Shown: positions 48,042 to 61,419 of the stretch, one piece after another | How positions within the stretch are numbered: position 1 is the first letter of the stretch | How the letters are laid out: every line of letters begins with the position of its first letter | Origin: Oculina patagonica | Lineage: Eukaryota | Reading direction: 5' to 3' | Assembly: GCF_052425735.1 (NCBI RefSeq) | Contig: NC_135770.1 | Span: 28,024,001-28,088,000, forward strand | Length of the DNA: 64,000 nucleotides | The notes under the pieces: model-generated | Databases searched by the model: none | Seen by the model: the letters and a program-made list of their open reading frames with translations, nothing else | Told to the model about the DNA's origin: nothing | Made by a program: the position numbers and the translations under genes

Positions 48042-50449
48042 AGTAATGACGTCAAAAAAGGTTCAAAACTCAGGTGGAGCCAAAATCCCCCTGATGGCGC
48101 ATGGTTTCACTGTAAAGGTCTGGACATTTTATGGCGTAATTTTTATAGCCTATTATGGCAAATACATATATATCTAGGCGAATACGAATAGCTGAATGCA
48201 TTTAGCTGAATAAATATACCTAGCTGAACCTGTACTTTGTCTCAAAGCGATTTCTGTCATTTCTTATTCGAGATTTTATCTAAAACAGATCTGGTTCATT
48301 CAATAAATATTCAAAGTACATAGCCAAAAATACGACCTTTGAATTTACATACGCTGTCACAACAACTGTTTGAAGTTCCATGAAATAAAAAATACAGAAG
48401 GCAACGCACAGACCCAAGGAACCGACACACAAGACGGAATCATGAAACACGCCACCTTGGCGAATATCGTTAAGACACGTTTTCAAAACATTGAATATTC
48501 AACGAGCTTCAACGGCGGCCCTATTTGAACTTAGCCACTTCCAAACTTGCCCCATACGTTGCAGTTTAGCAACCTACACTGTCTTCTTACTCGACAAGTT
48601 CAAAGGACGTTAAACTAGTGGTGCTAACTCCAATAAATATGGACAAGGAACAGCATAATTTCTGCTATTTTAAAAATTGAGATGGCAAATCGAAGTCACT
48701 TAAACAGAATTTACATATTAAGGACTATTAAAATGTCAAAAGTGAAGATCAGTTTATTTCCTAGAAAACTGAAAACCGATCTATTTTTTTCTGCTACTTA
48801 AGGTTGTCGACGAAGGCTATTAAAGCAGCCTAATAAATTTTTTCATAAGTTTGGCCTTGAAAATGATCGAAGTTTTCCATTAGCGAAAGGCACTTGATTG
48901 AATACAGTTCTCGTGATATAATTCTGAATGATGTTCGACTGCTCACAAATACTGCATTTATCACCACTTGAAACGACCCTCGATTGCGTTATTTTCGAAG
49001 TGGCCGTTGTATGCGTTTTGATGCTTAAAAACTACCCCATTCCCAGAAGTGCACGACCGGATCACGGTCGGTAAGTCCTTATTTCATTGCCGGTTTGAAG
49101 TTCTTTTCGTGGTGTATAATAAAAATAATACAGTGATATGGCTGATCGCAAATCAGATTCCCAAAAGCACTTCAGATTTTCTACATCCAGATCGGAATCA
49201 TTAAAATACCCCACCTTAGGGGAACGGGATTCGTAGCTGCTACTGAAAGTAAAGAAGAGCAATTAAAATAAAAACGAGTACAACCTACCAAAGATCGACA
49301 ATTCCTTGTCTTCACTCGAGGCAGTCGGTGTGGACCGAGAATCTTTTGTGAAAATCCGTGCCTTCGTGCAGCAAAACACGTTCCACTTCCAACGTAGCGG
49401 AACTCAAACAGAAGCTGTAGATGAAACGGACAGTCCGCGAATGCGAGAATCTAATATAAATCTGCACTTCTTCGCTAGCAATTCAAGATTATATAGGATT
49501 GGTAACCAAGGTTAGATTTTATAGCGTGGTACGCTTCGTTGATACACATTTGCACACAGAAAGGTCAATTATACCGCACTGTAGACAGTCATGCTTAAGG
49601 GCCGTACTGTGACTGGCCATACGCCTTGTAGCCCAACGTCACAGAATTTGAAGTCTCCTCCTCCAACGCAGACTGGTCACACTTTGTCACGGGAACGAGA
49701 GATTTCGTGACGAGTAAAAGTTTTCGTGGAAACTCACTGAGTTCGCTTTCGTTCAAAATTCTACGAATCGCGAAGCTAGCTCGTTTGTTGTAGAGCGCGT
49801 CAACAAACGACTCACCATTGCTGGTATGTTGTGTCACAATGCAATGCGAATTGTTTTGGACAGCGAACGGACCAAAGATATAAAGAGTTTTCGGATTTGT
49901 ACATTAGAAGCAATCTTGTGGAATCAGCTATTTCTGTGGGAGAGGCATGAAGTAACGGAGATCCTTTCAAAATATCAGGATTTTTGACAGTTTATCTCAA
50001 GTTAGCAAAACAACTCAAGTAAGCCAAGGATCAAAAGCAAGCAAAGGATCTCAAACAAGTCGAGTAGAAGAAGGAAAGCAAAACAGGTAAGGAAGCAGGC
50101 AAAGAACGTAAAATCAATGAAGCAACTGAAGTACACTACAACAACATTACCGTCGATTCACTCGATTGCATCTACCTGTGAACGCACGCGCTAAAAACAT
50201 GTTTTCAAATGACGTCAAACGTAGGCTTTTGTACATTATGCATCAGTCAATTGAAATCCCGGCCCCCCGACCCCCGGGACTTAGCGGGGATTTAACGCGT
50301 CCAAAGCCGGGATTTAACGCACTTTTAACGGCGTGTTGGCCCCGGTGGGCGGTGGATTTAACAAATTGTCAATAGACCGGGGCCGTGGAGCGGTGATTTA
50401 ACAGCAAGCGATCACCTGAAGCGGGGACGACAGCTGGGATTTAATATGA

Positions 50450-52310
50450 AGGACTAATGTTTTCCTCAAATGTACATTGTGAGGAATTTGTTCAAAGAAG
50501 TCTTATAAGGCTTGATATAAAAGCCTTTCTTGACGCGTGATGGGTGAATAAAATGATGGATGAATAGAAATTCGTGTATTGAAACGGCTCTGTAGATTTG
50601 TAATGTGTTCGCACGCCAAGGATACCTTGTGGAATCTGTTGCTTTTGTGCGCTATCGTCTTCAAGCAAGTTGGTTTCTGTTTCTGATATTTCAGCCGTGA
50701 ATTCTATCGTAGGGTAAAAGCTGTTTGCCTTTAGAAAGTATTTTGTCTCTGTTTGTGTCCCACATTGAAAAGATGTCGTCAATAAATCGCTTCCAAACTC
50801 CCCGAGTCCAAAGGATGGGTTTATTGCTACTTTATCTTAGTTTTTCATTTTCTATTTTAGCCATAAAGACGTTAGCAGAGGCTACGGCCATTTTCGTGCC
50901 CATGGTCGTTCGATGGGTTTGAAGATAATCTTTTCCTTTGAATTGGAACGAGTTTTCTTTAAGGATCAGACTAAGTATTTCTCTTAAAAACCTGGTAGGT
51001 ACGGGAGGGTTTCCTTGATGAAGTTCTTCGTATGCCTACAGTTCTCAGGGGCGGATCCAGGGGAGGGGACGGGGGGTGGATTGGGTAGCTAGCCACCCCT
51101 CTTGATCCAAAAGAAAAGTTAAAATAAACACATTAAAATAAAAAATAAGGACAATGACACTGAGAATGGTGAAAAAAGTGTTAATATTTTTAGCTAAAGT
51201 TAAGTTGAAATTTTTGTTAACATCCGCCCCCTTAGCCACCGTCCAAAGTTAATGACAGTCCATTTTCAGAAATAGGGGATTTCGACGGCTTGTTTTGGGC
51301 GGCAATTTACGAGCTTCTATGCTTAAATGTAACAAAACATGTGTGTATAATTTTTAAAAAAAATACATTCCTTTTAGCTTCAAGAGTTGTTTTAGCCTTG
51401 CTGGCATGATTTTCTTCTCCATTTGCATCTTTTTAGTGAGTTTTCTCACCGTTTTCTTTGCATGGATCAAAATTGAACGAAGCGGTCTCATAAGCAAAGC
51501 ATTGACTCGCCAAGTTGTCCCCAGGCCACTTTGCCAGGAGCTAAAAATTTCCACGCTTGTGGGTGAACAAAACAACGCATATCTGTTCTTTCGTGTGAGT
51601 TCGTAAATTCATCTTCAAATTTCAATCACTGTTCGTAAGAACTAGAGTTTCTGTCCCCAAAAAATTCAATGGTAAACAAGGTAAGTGAAGGAAAGAATAG
51701 TTTTGTCAAATTATCAAGGAAAAACAGCTGTTAAATAGCTTAATAATTGACACACGTTTAGAGTTGCTCAGAATCACGGAAGTCACGTCTAAGAGGCTTC
51801 AGGTTTTTCAAAATTTTCTGGGGGAGCATACCCCCTGACCCCCCCTAGGGGCATGAAGACTGCGGCCCTATGACCTATGGGCCTTTGGCCCAGAATAATT
51901 TGGACTCCCACTTTAAACATCCTGCCTAAAAGACTGATATCCCCCATACAAAAATGGGGCTTAGACAAGTTAGTAAAGAAAAATATTTGTTAACATCCAC
52001 CCCCCTGCCTTTGAAAAATTCTGGATCCGTCCCTGGTTTTAATAACCACTTTTTGTGGTGTGTTAGTGTAAAGGCTGGTGACTTCCATAGAGACTAGGAA
52101 GGCTTTTTTAGGCAGTTTCGTCTTCTCAATCGATTCTCAATGAAGTAAATAAAGTCTGTTGCACGAAGCTTTCTTGGGCTTTCAGCTGTAGTAGATGCAG
52201 CGCTGTAGATGGTTGACAAAAGCTAAAATACATTCTGTAGGGCCATCACATCCCGATGTTATACGTCTTCCTACAAGTGTGTTCATAATAAGTTGTAGCT
52301 TGGCGCGATT
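50450..52310 (-). mobile_element. Decayed Penelope-like reverse transcriptase fragment
   Basis: Minus-strand pieces GRRITSGCDGPTE, LVSMEVTSLYTNTPQ, LILKENSFQFKGKDYLQ..MGTKMAVASANVFMA, WKRFIDDIFSMW, ANSFYPTIEFTAEISETE, HYKSTEPFQY and IRLL*TNSS, with stops and frameshifts. Confidence 0.8.
51046..52035. mobile_element. Non-autonomous DNA transposon (CAGGGGCGGATCCAG TIR) splitting the RT fragment
   Basis: caggggcggatccag..ctggatccgtccctg with an imperfect 5-bp TSD (gttct/gtttt). RT homology resumes on both sides. Confidence 0.75.
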
Positions 52311-52876
52311 GTGAGTTTGAAATTTTGCACATTTGTTACTCTGACCACGAAAACCGATTTTCTTAGTTTTCTTAAAATGAAAGGGCTTTTGGCGGAAACA
52401 AACTACATCAGGTTTGTTCTGTAGCTAGCTATATATAGACAACTTCTGCATCGAAATCAAGATTTTGCCCGGTTTTTCCTGAAGGCCGCTTTTGAGTTGG
52501 TTTCTTCATTTGGTTCAGATGGCCCTGCTATGCGGGGCTTTTAACAGTCGTCTTGGCCCCGGGGGCGGGGTAATCAGCCGTTTTTTAACACTTGGTAAAT
52601 GTTAAATTCCCCGCTAAGTCCCGGGGGTCGGGGGGCCGGGGTTTCAATTGACTGATGCATTATGCTTTTATTTCCCCACTAAAATGCTCCATCATAATGC
52701 TCCATTTTTCCCACTAAATTGCTTGGTCTCCCCCCAAAAAGTCACTAAAATGCTCGGATAATGCTCATTACGCAAACGGGTTTTTTTTTAAATTAATTTC
52801 AAAGTTTTCAACAAGGTGTTAAAAGTTAACACTTACAAAAATGTACAAGTGTTGCAAGTAACAACAACAATGTATA

Positions 52877-53885
52877 CAGTATGTTGCCCTATTACCGGAC
52901 TGACACTTTTTGCACTAACCGTAATATCTTACCTCAAAACAGCACTTACGAGCTGAAACTTACCCACAATGTAGCTTCCACTGCTGGTAAGTAGGTCGTG
53001 GAGTTTTATCTTCTAAATCTCTTTGGCTTCTTTGTAATCACGGAAAGAGTTGGTCAAATTTGGTGCCCTAATTCCGGACGAGTTGCCCTAATTCCGGACG
53101 ATCGTTACGGGGAAAACACTACCTTTCTCTCGGAAATATTATTCCCGATTATGGCAAAATATAAGTAATTAGGGCTAAATAAAGGATTATTCTTTTGAAA
53201 AATTGTCTTTCAGGCAAAATTTAAAGCATTTTCCTTTCAATTTTAGCGAGGTAATCATTAGGTTATTGACATAAACAATGTTCAGCGAATGTTTCGGCCA
53301 CTTAAAACGAAGTTCGCCAAGGAAGATTAATCAATACCAAAACAGGTATTGAAGCTTAAATACAGTACAGACAGTTACAAAAATGCTTGTTTTTCAAAAC
53401 CTATTCCATAAAATTGTTTTCAAATAGGTAAACAAGTTTGCTGTAGGTATGTGTCCGGAATTAGGCACACCTCATCAAAAATTCAACTTAACTCTTTGGT
53501 GACCGTGCTCGGAAATTAAGAGCGAAAACCGAAAATGTATTATATGCTGATAAACCTAGTCCTTTTACCTTTACTTTAATATATATATAAATATAATCTA
53601 TCGCACACTTTGCGAGAGCAGAGCGCTTTATTGAAACGATGTAGTTTGATGCGCTGTAAAAATCGGATTAACGAAGAAAAAAATTTTACCTACCTCCACG
53701 AAAACTTGAATTTTCCCGTCTAAACGGAGCGCAGCTCGGCCAAGAAAAGAGCAAACGAAAGCAGACTAATCGCTAAGTCTTCTGAACTTTTTGTTTAACT
53801 TAATTTTACTGTTACGACGATATACGAAATTGTTAAGTCGAAGTGTCCTGAAATAGGGGTGTCCGGGAAATAGGGCAACATACTG
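52877..53885. mobile_element. Non-autonomous pogo/Tigger-like element with TA TSD
   Basis: TA-cagtatgttgccctatt ... aatagggcaacatactg-TA, with internal (gccctaattccggac) repeats. Confidence 0.85.
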
Positions 53886-56800
53886 TACAAGTTCATAAAT
53901 ACAGCCAAAAAATATAATCAGTTCGAAATCATCTACGAGGCTAAGAACAGAAAGTAGTTGACTATCTATAGAAACTTATTTTTTGTTGGATTTTGAGTTT
54001 TAGTCTTCATTTTCTTTTAATTTCATTTTATTTTTTCGTAAAAAATCATTTTTTCCGGGAAAATGCCACTAAAATGCTCGAATAATGCTCGATGCTTTTG
54101 CCTCACTAAAATGCTCGAAAAAATGCTAGCATAATGTACAAAAGCCTAGTCAAACGTCAGCGTTTCAGGTGTCAAACTTTGAAGTTTAGCAGACCGTAAC
54201 GCGAACTTTTGCATTCAAAATACTCACCATAAACACTGAGAACGGGCGAAACTTTACACTAGAAATGATTCAAGTGAACCTGTGTATGCATATCGACACA
54301 GATCAGCATCAGTTTCTCAGAAGAAGTCTCTTTATCATATGACCCGTACGGACCCGCGCGCAATTTCCTTGGAAAATCATATGAAAACATAGGCACGCTA
54401 AGCGTGCAGGAGTTATTTTTTCAATTTATGGGGTGGCTTGGGGTGAAACTGGGTGATTGTCCTGTTGGGATGGTTTATGCCATGGGTTGAGCTATTTGTG
54501 TATGGCGGCCCACGGAGTCACTTTTTTGCACAATATTTGCTTGCAAACAAAATACCTTTTACGTGCATTTTGATACATCAGAACTGTTTTATTTAATACG
54601 TAAATTTTCATCATTTAATTGAAAAACAAAAACTAATTCAATTATCAAAATGTCACAAAATGGCACGTTCTTATTCTGTTTAAGCGGTTATTTTGTTGCT
54701 AGCTTTGTAGCAACCGTAACGTGTTACTTTTGTTTGTTACGGAATACTTTTGGCTTTTTGCCAATCACTGAAACATGATATTGTTGTTTTTCTCACTTTT
54801 GTGACATGAGACCTTTGTTTTTTAAAAACGAACGTAACACGATACCCTTGTTTTTCTCGAAAAAGCCACGTTTCCATATAGACATTGAACGAAAAGTACT
54901 ATAATAAACGAGTAATAAACGCATCAAATCAAAAACCACTTTCTTCGGGAAAGTTCTTTAAAGCGCAGTACACCTGGAGTATTTTTTTCCTGTCAGAACT
55001 GTTCAACAAAGATTTTCGTTCATTCAAAACCTAAATTCTGTTCAACAAACAAGAACTAATTGAGTTATCAAATTGTCACGGAATGGCACGCTCTTATTTT
55101 GTTTTTGCTATCGATCGTAGTTGCTTTTAACAGCAAAGTTAAAACTTGTACCGGTTCATTAAATGTTTGAACGAGATGTTTTACAGTTGATTTCAGTTTA
55201 CTTTGGCCGCCCGCTTTGCGAAGTTTGTTGGGAAATTGGAAACTTTGTTATGAAGTTGCCAATTACGTTGCGAGTTTGCGAATCAAATTGCGAACTTCGA
55301 TAAGTTCCCAACTCAGTCGGCCCGACTGAACTTTCGAAGTTTTGGTGGTTGAGGAGAAACAAGACATGTTGCTCGAAAGTCATGGCGATTTCTCGAAGAT
55401 TTTAGAGCTTGTCAAGGAAAGTTGAAGTAGCTTGAAGTGCAAGACAACGTTTCGCATCAGCGATCACGCAAGTGATTTGCCGATAAATAAATTTTATGCA
55501 GGTAGAAATTTGGTCAAATTTTAAATTTTTTTGTATGAAATCACATATTGAACGATTTCTGTGAGGCACAATCTTCACTGTCTTCAATTTCAAGTCTTTT
55601 GCGTTTGTAAACCGGATGAAACTGGATGGTTTACCCATATGTAAAATTGATTTTAATCGAAGCCGACGCGACGCGACAGACTAATTTGTTCCGGACAACA
55701 TGTTTACGGTTCGCTGAACCTAAAAGTTTTTTAATTTTTATGACATTTGTTTCCAACAGTTTAGCGTAGCAAAGCCCTTTTTGATAACAAAATTATAGAA
55801 GGTTTTATTAATTTCGGGCCGAAGTTGGGAACTTTGTATCGAAGCTCACAATTTGATTCACAAACTCGCAACCTATTTGGCAAAGCAGACGGTAAAAGTA
55901 ATGACAACATTATTCTTCAAATCTGCTTCGTGCAAATGTTATATGTTATTTTTACACTGGTAAGGAAAGCTAGCCGAAAAAGCTAGCTAATAAGACGAAT
56001 AACAAGTTAGTGTTGGGCCTTTTGCTCACGGCGTGTGCATTGTAAGCAGGCGAGCGTTAAGCAAAATACGTTTCAAATCCATGATAATTCTCAACTCACC
56101 AATTAATCGTCGAGCTAAAATCTTTCAACGAAAACGAACTGCGACACATAATTTCGTCAGATTACTTCGCCTTTATAAACTGCAATTTGATTGGTTCTGA
56201 TAGTACCTGAAATCTGATTGGTGTGACAAACAAACATACTTCACCCACTGACCCACTGACTGATTCACGGGACATCCTGGCGACTAAGAGCTATTTTGAA
56301 AAAATAACTCAAAAAAGTCCCGTATGAGGGCCGTACGCCTCGCTCTAGCAGGGCCGGAAAAAGCCTTACGGTCCTACTAGAAAAGCGTACGGCCCCGCTA
56401 CTGCCGCGAGATGCCGAATTGGAACCAGTTGATTCCACAGCTTTGAATTCAGATGAACGATAGTTAAGATTTTTCCCTTCGGCTTCAAGTAAAAGCAAAA
56501 AATGTCCAACATGTTTATTAAAACTTTACTATCTAGAAAGCGAGGTAGTTTGCAGGCGCAAAAATCAAAACAAAACGTGTTTAAACTTGGCAATTGATGA
56601 AGAAATACTCCTGACAACAACAATAAAAAAAAATCCAAATAAAAGCCTTCAAAAAAACAACATAATCGGACAAAGACGTGTCCTGGTTTAAAGTCATGAT
56701 AAACATTGAAGAAAAAACGCAAATGCGAAGTAAACTCAAATTTCTCTTTCAGTCACAACAAATGCGAGTACATGTTTACGTCGACTAACCTGATAATGAC

Positions 56801-56922
56801 ACAGTTTCCCGCTTGTTTTCACAAAGCATTTTAAGCACAATTTGGACATCAACTGTAATGTAGACCTTAACGTCGAAGAACTAACGAATCAAGGACTAAG
56901 CAGCAACAGCAGACGTTCATGA

Positions 56923-56958
<36 letters not shown>

Positions 56959-57212
56959 TAATTGACGCCTTACTTACAATAATAAGTACACTTACAATAA
57001 CAGCTAGCACAATACTTACAATACTTGAACATTAGTAAAGACAACACTAATACACGATAGCCGAATTTTTTTTTTTTTTTTACAATACTTGTAATAATAC
57101 GACGGAAGAAGAAGAAGAAAAAAAAAGTACACTAGAAGCGCAAAAGAAAGGTATACAACTACACACACACAATATATAGCAAGCAGCTGGCTTTGGGTAA
57201 CAACAAAAGAAA

Positions 57213-60200
57213 TTATGTGTTTTCACTGCTACAAAGGGTGGTCCACTTGTTCCTATGTTTATTATAATTACCATTTCTGATAGCAATCTCTCTTTCTGAT
57301 TGAATTTTACTTTTATTGCGCTTTTCAGTGAAATGCGAACTCTGAAATTCAATCCTCAACCAACGGTTTACGCTTTTCGCTGCCGTCAATCATCTTTGCG
57401 GACCTCTCGGGAAACAGACGCTCACTTCACCTGGGTCAAAAGGTCACGTCTCTCGATTGTGATTGGTAGATTTCGATCCATTTTGTTTGTTTCTGTTTTT
57501 CATGGTTCGCTAGCTGTCGCCATAATTATGATTGACGGCAGCGAAAAACGCAATCATTACAGTCAACTCTCGTTATAGCGGACACGCTCGGGACGTCGTT
57601 TTGTGTCCGTTATATAGCGAGAGTCCGTAATAGCGGGAGTCATTTCCAGTCAAACCTCTTTCGCCGGGGATTTGGATTTTGTCCGTAATAGTAAGTGTCC
57701 GCAATAGCGGGGTGTCCGCAAGGCGAGAGTTGACTGTAGTTGGATTTTGAATTTCAGAGTTCGCATTTCACTGAAAACCGCAATAAGCAAACAAAGAAAG
57801 ACCTCAAACATTGGATTTTCAGACTTGATTTTTGAAAGGTAAATGTGATATTTGCCTATTAAAAAGAAGTGGTTTAGCGCATAAAAACTAGAAGATCCTG
57901 GTTTATAGCCATAAAGAATTTCAATAGGTTTTGGATTTATGTTTTCAAAGCGTTTTACGTTCCACCATTCGATTGCCATTATCCAAAATTGTTTCACGAT
58001 AGGACACTCGCAAAACATGTGTTCTAGTGTTTCATTTACATAATTACACAACTCACATACTGGTGAGGCTTTTATCTTCATTTTATATAGTCTTTGGTTT
58101 GTAGGGAGAATGTTATGGATTAATTTGTACTGAAAGCTTCTTAGTTTATTTTCTATTGTGATTTTGAAAGGTAGTTCATAGATGGCTTCCAAGTCCGTAG
58201 CATTTTGATTCTGTAGGCGGCGTTCTACAGTGGGTGGGCGAAAGGACTTTCCGACGAGCAGAGAGCGAGCTTTTTTGGCAGAAACATTATCTGCTGTTAA
58301 GACGTTTTGCGTTCTTTGATTACCTGAAGGAGTATCGAGGATTGCGGTTTTCCAGGCTTTTGGGATTGCGGCGATCACGCCTGCGTAGTCCAAAAAAGTT
58401 GTACGGACACCGAACTTGGCCTTAAAATGTTCGAAAGATAGAAAGTTTCCCTGCTCGGTTAGAAGGTCACGAATCTTTACGATTCCATTTTTATGCCACG
58501 ATTTGAAATAAAATGATTTACCGCAAATCCTTATGAAACGATTGTTCCATAAGATCTCTTCTTTAAAATCTGTGGAATTAACTGGGTCATTTGAGTGAAT
58601 TTCTTGCCAATTTGACAGAATCTCTTTATAAAAAATTGGAATGTTTTTTAACTCTAGGTAATTTAGATTGAAATTGCACTGAAACAGGAAAGCACCTCCA
58701 TATTTTAACAAAAACGAATTAAGAAAGGCGCACCAGTTGTTTTCAGGCTCATCACAGAAACGTTTTACCCAAGCAATTTTTAGGGACTTGTTGACGTCGT
58801 TGAAATTGACCATATTGAGCCCGCCTTTGTTCACCGGGCCGATTAACGTACTTCTTTTAATTTTATCAGGCTTAAAATTCCAAATAAAAGCAAAAATTGT
58901 TTCATTTACTCTTTTGATGAAATCTGATTGAACGTGTAACACCGAAGAACTGTAAACAAGCTTAGAAAGGGCTAACGTTTTAATAATGGTTACTTTCCCT
59001 AAAATCGTTAAATGCCTACCAGTCCAGAGATTTAAAACTTTTTGAAGCTTAGAGAGCTTTGTTTCAAAGTTCATGTGTTGGCGAACTAGAGTATCGTAAG
59101 CAAAGACGACTCCAAGAGTTGTAACGTATTGTTCTGGCCATGATATTCCGAACGGACTGTACTTACCAAGTCTGCCTTTCCAAGCACCAAGCCACATTCC
59201 CTCGGTCTTGTGTCTATTTATTTTGAGTCCGGAGCACGTACCGAATTGCTCAAGAAGGGTGAATAAATTGGAAGCAGAACTGTCATCCGGCAGAAAGGAA
59301 GTAGTGTCGTCGGCATATAGGCTAAGTTTAACTGTTTTATTTCCGTTATGAAGACCTCTGATTGATTCGTCAAAACGAATTTTATGTGCAAGTGGTTCTA
59401 CGGCAAGTATAAAGAGTAGTCCAGACAGTGGACAGCCTTGTCTGACTCCTCTTTGAAGAGTAAAGAATTCTGATGCGTAGCCATTGTTAATGACGCAGCT
59501 GTTAATGTTGTTATAAAAAGTGCGAATCCAATTTCGAAAACTTGGTCCAAAGTTCATAGCCTCAAGTGTCGTGAAAAGGTATTCCCATTCTAGAGAGTCG
59601 AACGCTTTCTCGACATCTAAGAAGAGAATCATTCCTTGTTTGTTTGGATTGCTATACTGTTCTATAATATCTGAAATTAATCGTATATTTTCACCAATAT
59701 ATCTACCTTTAATATAGCCCGTCTGATCTCTTTCTATTAAGTGAGGGAGCACTTTTTCTAAGCGTCTTGCTATACATTTGGTCGCTATTTTATAATCGGT
59801 GTTTAAAAGTGAGATAGGGCGCCAATTTTTGAGCTGAAGAAGCTCTTTGCTTTTTTTGGGAATTAGCGAAATAATTCCTCTTTTTTGTGAAATAGATAAT
59901 TCGCCAAAAACTGCCGCTTCATTAAAGCAGAGAACCAGATGACTAGAGATTTCGTTCCAGAATCGGAGGTAAAACTCAGCCGTTAAACCATCTGTTCCGG
60001 GGGTTTTGTTCTTTTGAAAGGTTTTTAGTGCATCTAAGCATTCTTCTTCGGTTATTAGTCCTTCGCACACGGTCTGCATGTCTTCATTTAACTTTGGAAG
60101 TGAATTAGATTGGAGAAAAGTCGAAGATCGCGCAGGAGTATCCTTCGGGAATTGAGAGGTGTAGAGATCACTATAAAATTTTTTCATTTCATTGAGAATA

Positions 60201-61419
60201 ACTTGCGGGTCTTGTGTGGTGAAGCCTTCGGACGTTTTCAATTTTGTGATGTGTCGTTTATTGTAGCTTCTTTTTTCGAGATTGAGGAAATATTTATTAC
60301 ATTTCTCTCCAGCTTCATACCACCTTGCCCTGCTTCTAACAATACAACCTTTTGTTTTCTTTTCTGCGATTTGATCGAGCTCAATCTTAAGGGTTTTTAC
60401 TTCTTTTTGAAGATCTTGGTCCTCTGGATTTTGGTCAATAAGGCTGTTAATATTGTTCAAATTGTCGAGTAGTTTAAATTCTGTAGATTTTTTTTCTTTA
60501 CCTTTCTTTTTGAGAAACGGATTGCAAATATGCGAATTTCCATTTTTATCATTTCCCAAAGGAGCCGTTTGTCAAGTGTGGTTTTATGCTTCTGAGCAGC
60601 ATTTCTTATGATGAAAGACATTTTGTTGACGAATTCTTCGTCCTCGAGAAGAGAATTGTTGAACTTCCAGAAACCTGGACCTTTTTTTTCCTGAGAATCT
60701 TCAGGGTTGATCAAGAGGGTGATCGGAGAGTGGTCGGAATCATAATAAGATTTGATGTCACTGCTTTCGACTTGTTTAATTAATTGTTTTGAAATTAGCC
60801 AGTAGTCTAGCCTGCATTTTATCTTTCCGGAACTGTTGCTCCAGGTGAAACGGGCATCAGTTGGGTGAAGATTTCTCCAAACATCCACAAGGTTGAAACT
60901 ATTGCGGAGATTTTCTATAGATTTCAAAACGTTGTCTTTGTGGTGAATATCTTTTCCGCCGAACTTGTCAAGAGCGGTTAGCGGGCAATTGAAATCTCCG
61001 CCGACGATGATTTTTTCATTTGTGAATCGACGGATAACGTCCATGAGCTTAGTAAAGAAGTTGACTTGCTGCGTTTGGTCGTTTGGTGCATATATGTTGA
61101 CGAGACAGAGCTCTTTTTGATTAATGTTTGCGCTTATAATCAGAGATGTACCATTTTTTCCCAAATGAACGTCTGAAATATTAGCGTTTAGAGAAGGTCG
61201 AAATAAAGTCATGACGCCTCTACTATGTTTCGAACCGTGAGAAAAATATATATCTCCTCCCCACTCCGCTCGCCAAAAGTCCTCTATGGCCGAGTCACTG
61301 TAGGATTCTTGAAGGAGAACGATATCATATTTTCCTTGATGAAGCCATCTGAACAATTTTCGCCTTTTGATTGATTTGTTGAGGCCTCGAACGTTTAAGG
61401 AGATAATGTTTAAAGACAT
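57213..61419 (-). CDS. LINE ORF2 (APE endonuclease, reverse transcriptase, C-terminal zinc motif), disrupted
   Basis: SLNVRGL, LLQES, NIYAP, GGDFN, RLDY, SDHSP, GPGFWKFNNSLL; KTPGTDGL, NWRPISLLNTDYKI, GVRQGCPLS, YADD; CELC..ETLEHMFCEC. There is a frameshift in an A8 run at 60488-60495. The true C-terminus (LLKSKIQSEREIAIRNGNYNKHRNKWTTLCSSENT*) is restored by removing the MITE at 57316-57783. Confidence 0.9.
57316..57783. mobile_element. TA-TSD MITE inserted in the 3' end of LINE ORF2
   Basis: TIR ttgcgcttttcagtgaaatgcgaactctgaaattcaa against its reverse complement (1 mismatch). TA at 57314-57315 and 57784-57785. Confidence 0.9.
57560..57736. mobile_element. 177-bp Tc1/pogo-type MITE nested in the previous MITE
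   Basis: TA-cagtcaactctcg ... cgagagttgactg-TA. A second copy lies at 4336-4492. Confidence 0.9.

Larger units (their letters stand above)
50239..52659. mobile_element. DNA transposon with about 55-bp TIRs and TTA TSD, inserted in the left TIR of the hAT-like element
   Basis: tgcatcagtcaattgaaatcccggccccccgacccccgggacttagcgggga with its reverse complement ending at 52659. TTA on both sides. Confidence 0.8.
50222..54148. mobile_element. Non-autonomous hAT-like DNA transposon (8-bp TSD) carrying nested insertions
   Basis: TIR taggcttttgtacattatgc and gcataatgtacaaaagccta. TSD gtcaaacg at 50214-50221 and 54149-54156. Confidence 0.85.

Noticed and set aside
48240-50150. Short ORFs upstream of the STAND gene (e.g. 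49595-49837)
   Set aside because: No recognisable domain or consistent splice structure.
29185-50217. Other TGACGTCA (CRE) sites at about 29185, 37963, 48047 and 50210
   Set aside because: They lie in repeats or introns without promoter context, so no function can be supported.
57650-57783. C-terminus of the 969-aa RT ORF as listed in the ORF track
   Set aside because: It is read-through into inserted MITEs; the native end resumes at 57315 and stops at 57213.
60488-60495. Programmed frameshift between endonuclease and RT
   Set aside because: L1/Tx1 ORF2 is normally one frame; a homopolymer indel or sequencing error is simpler.
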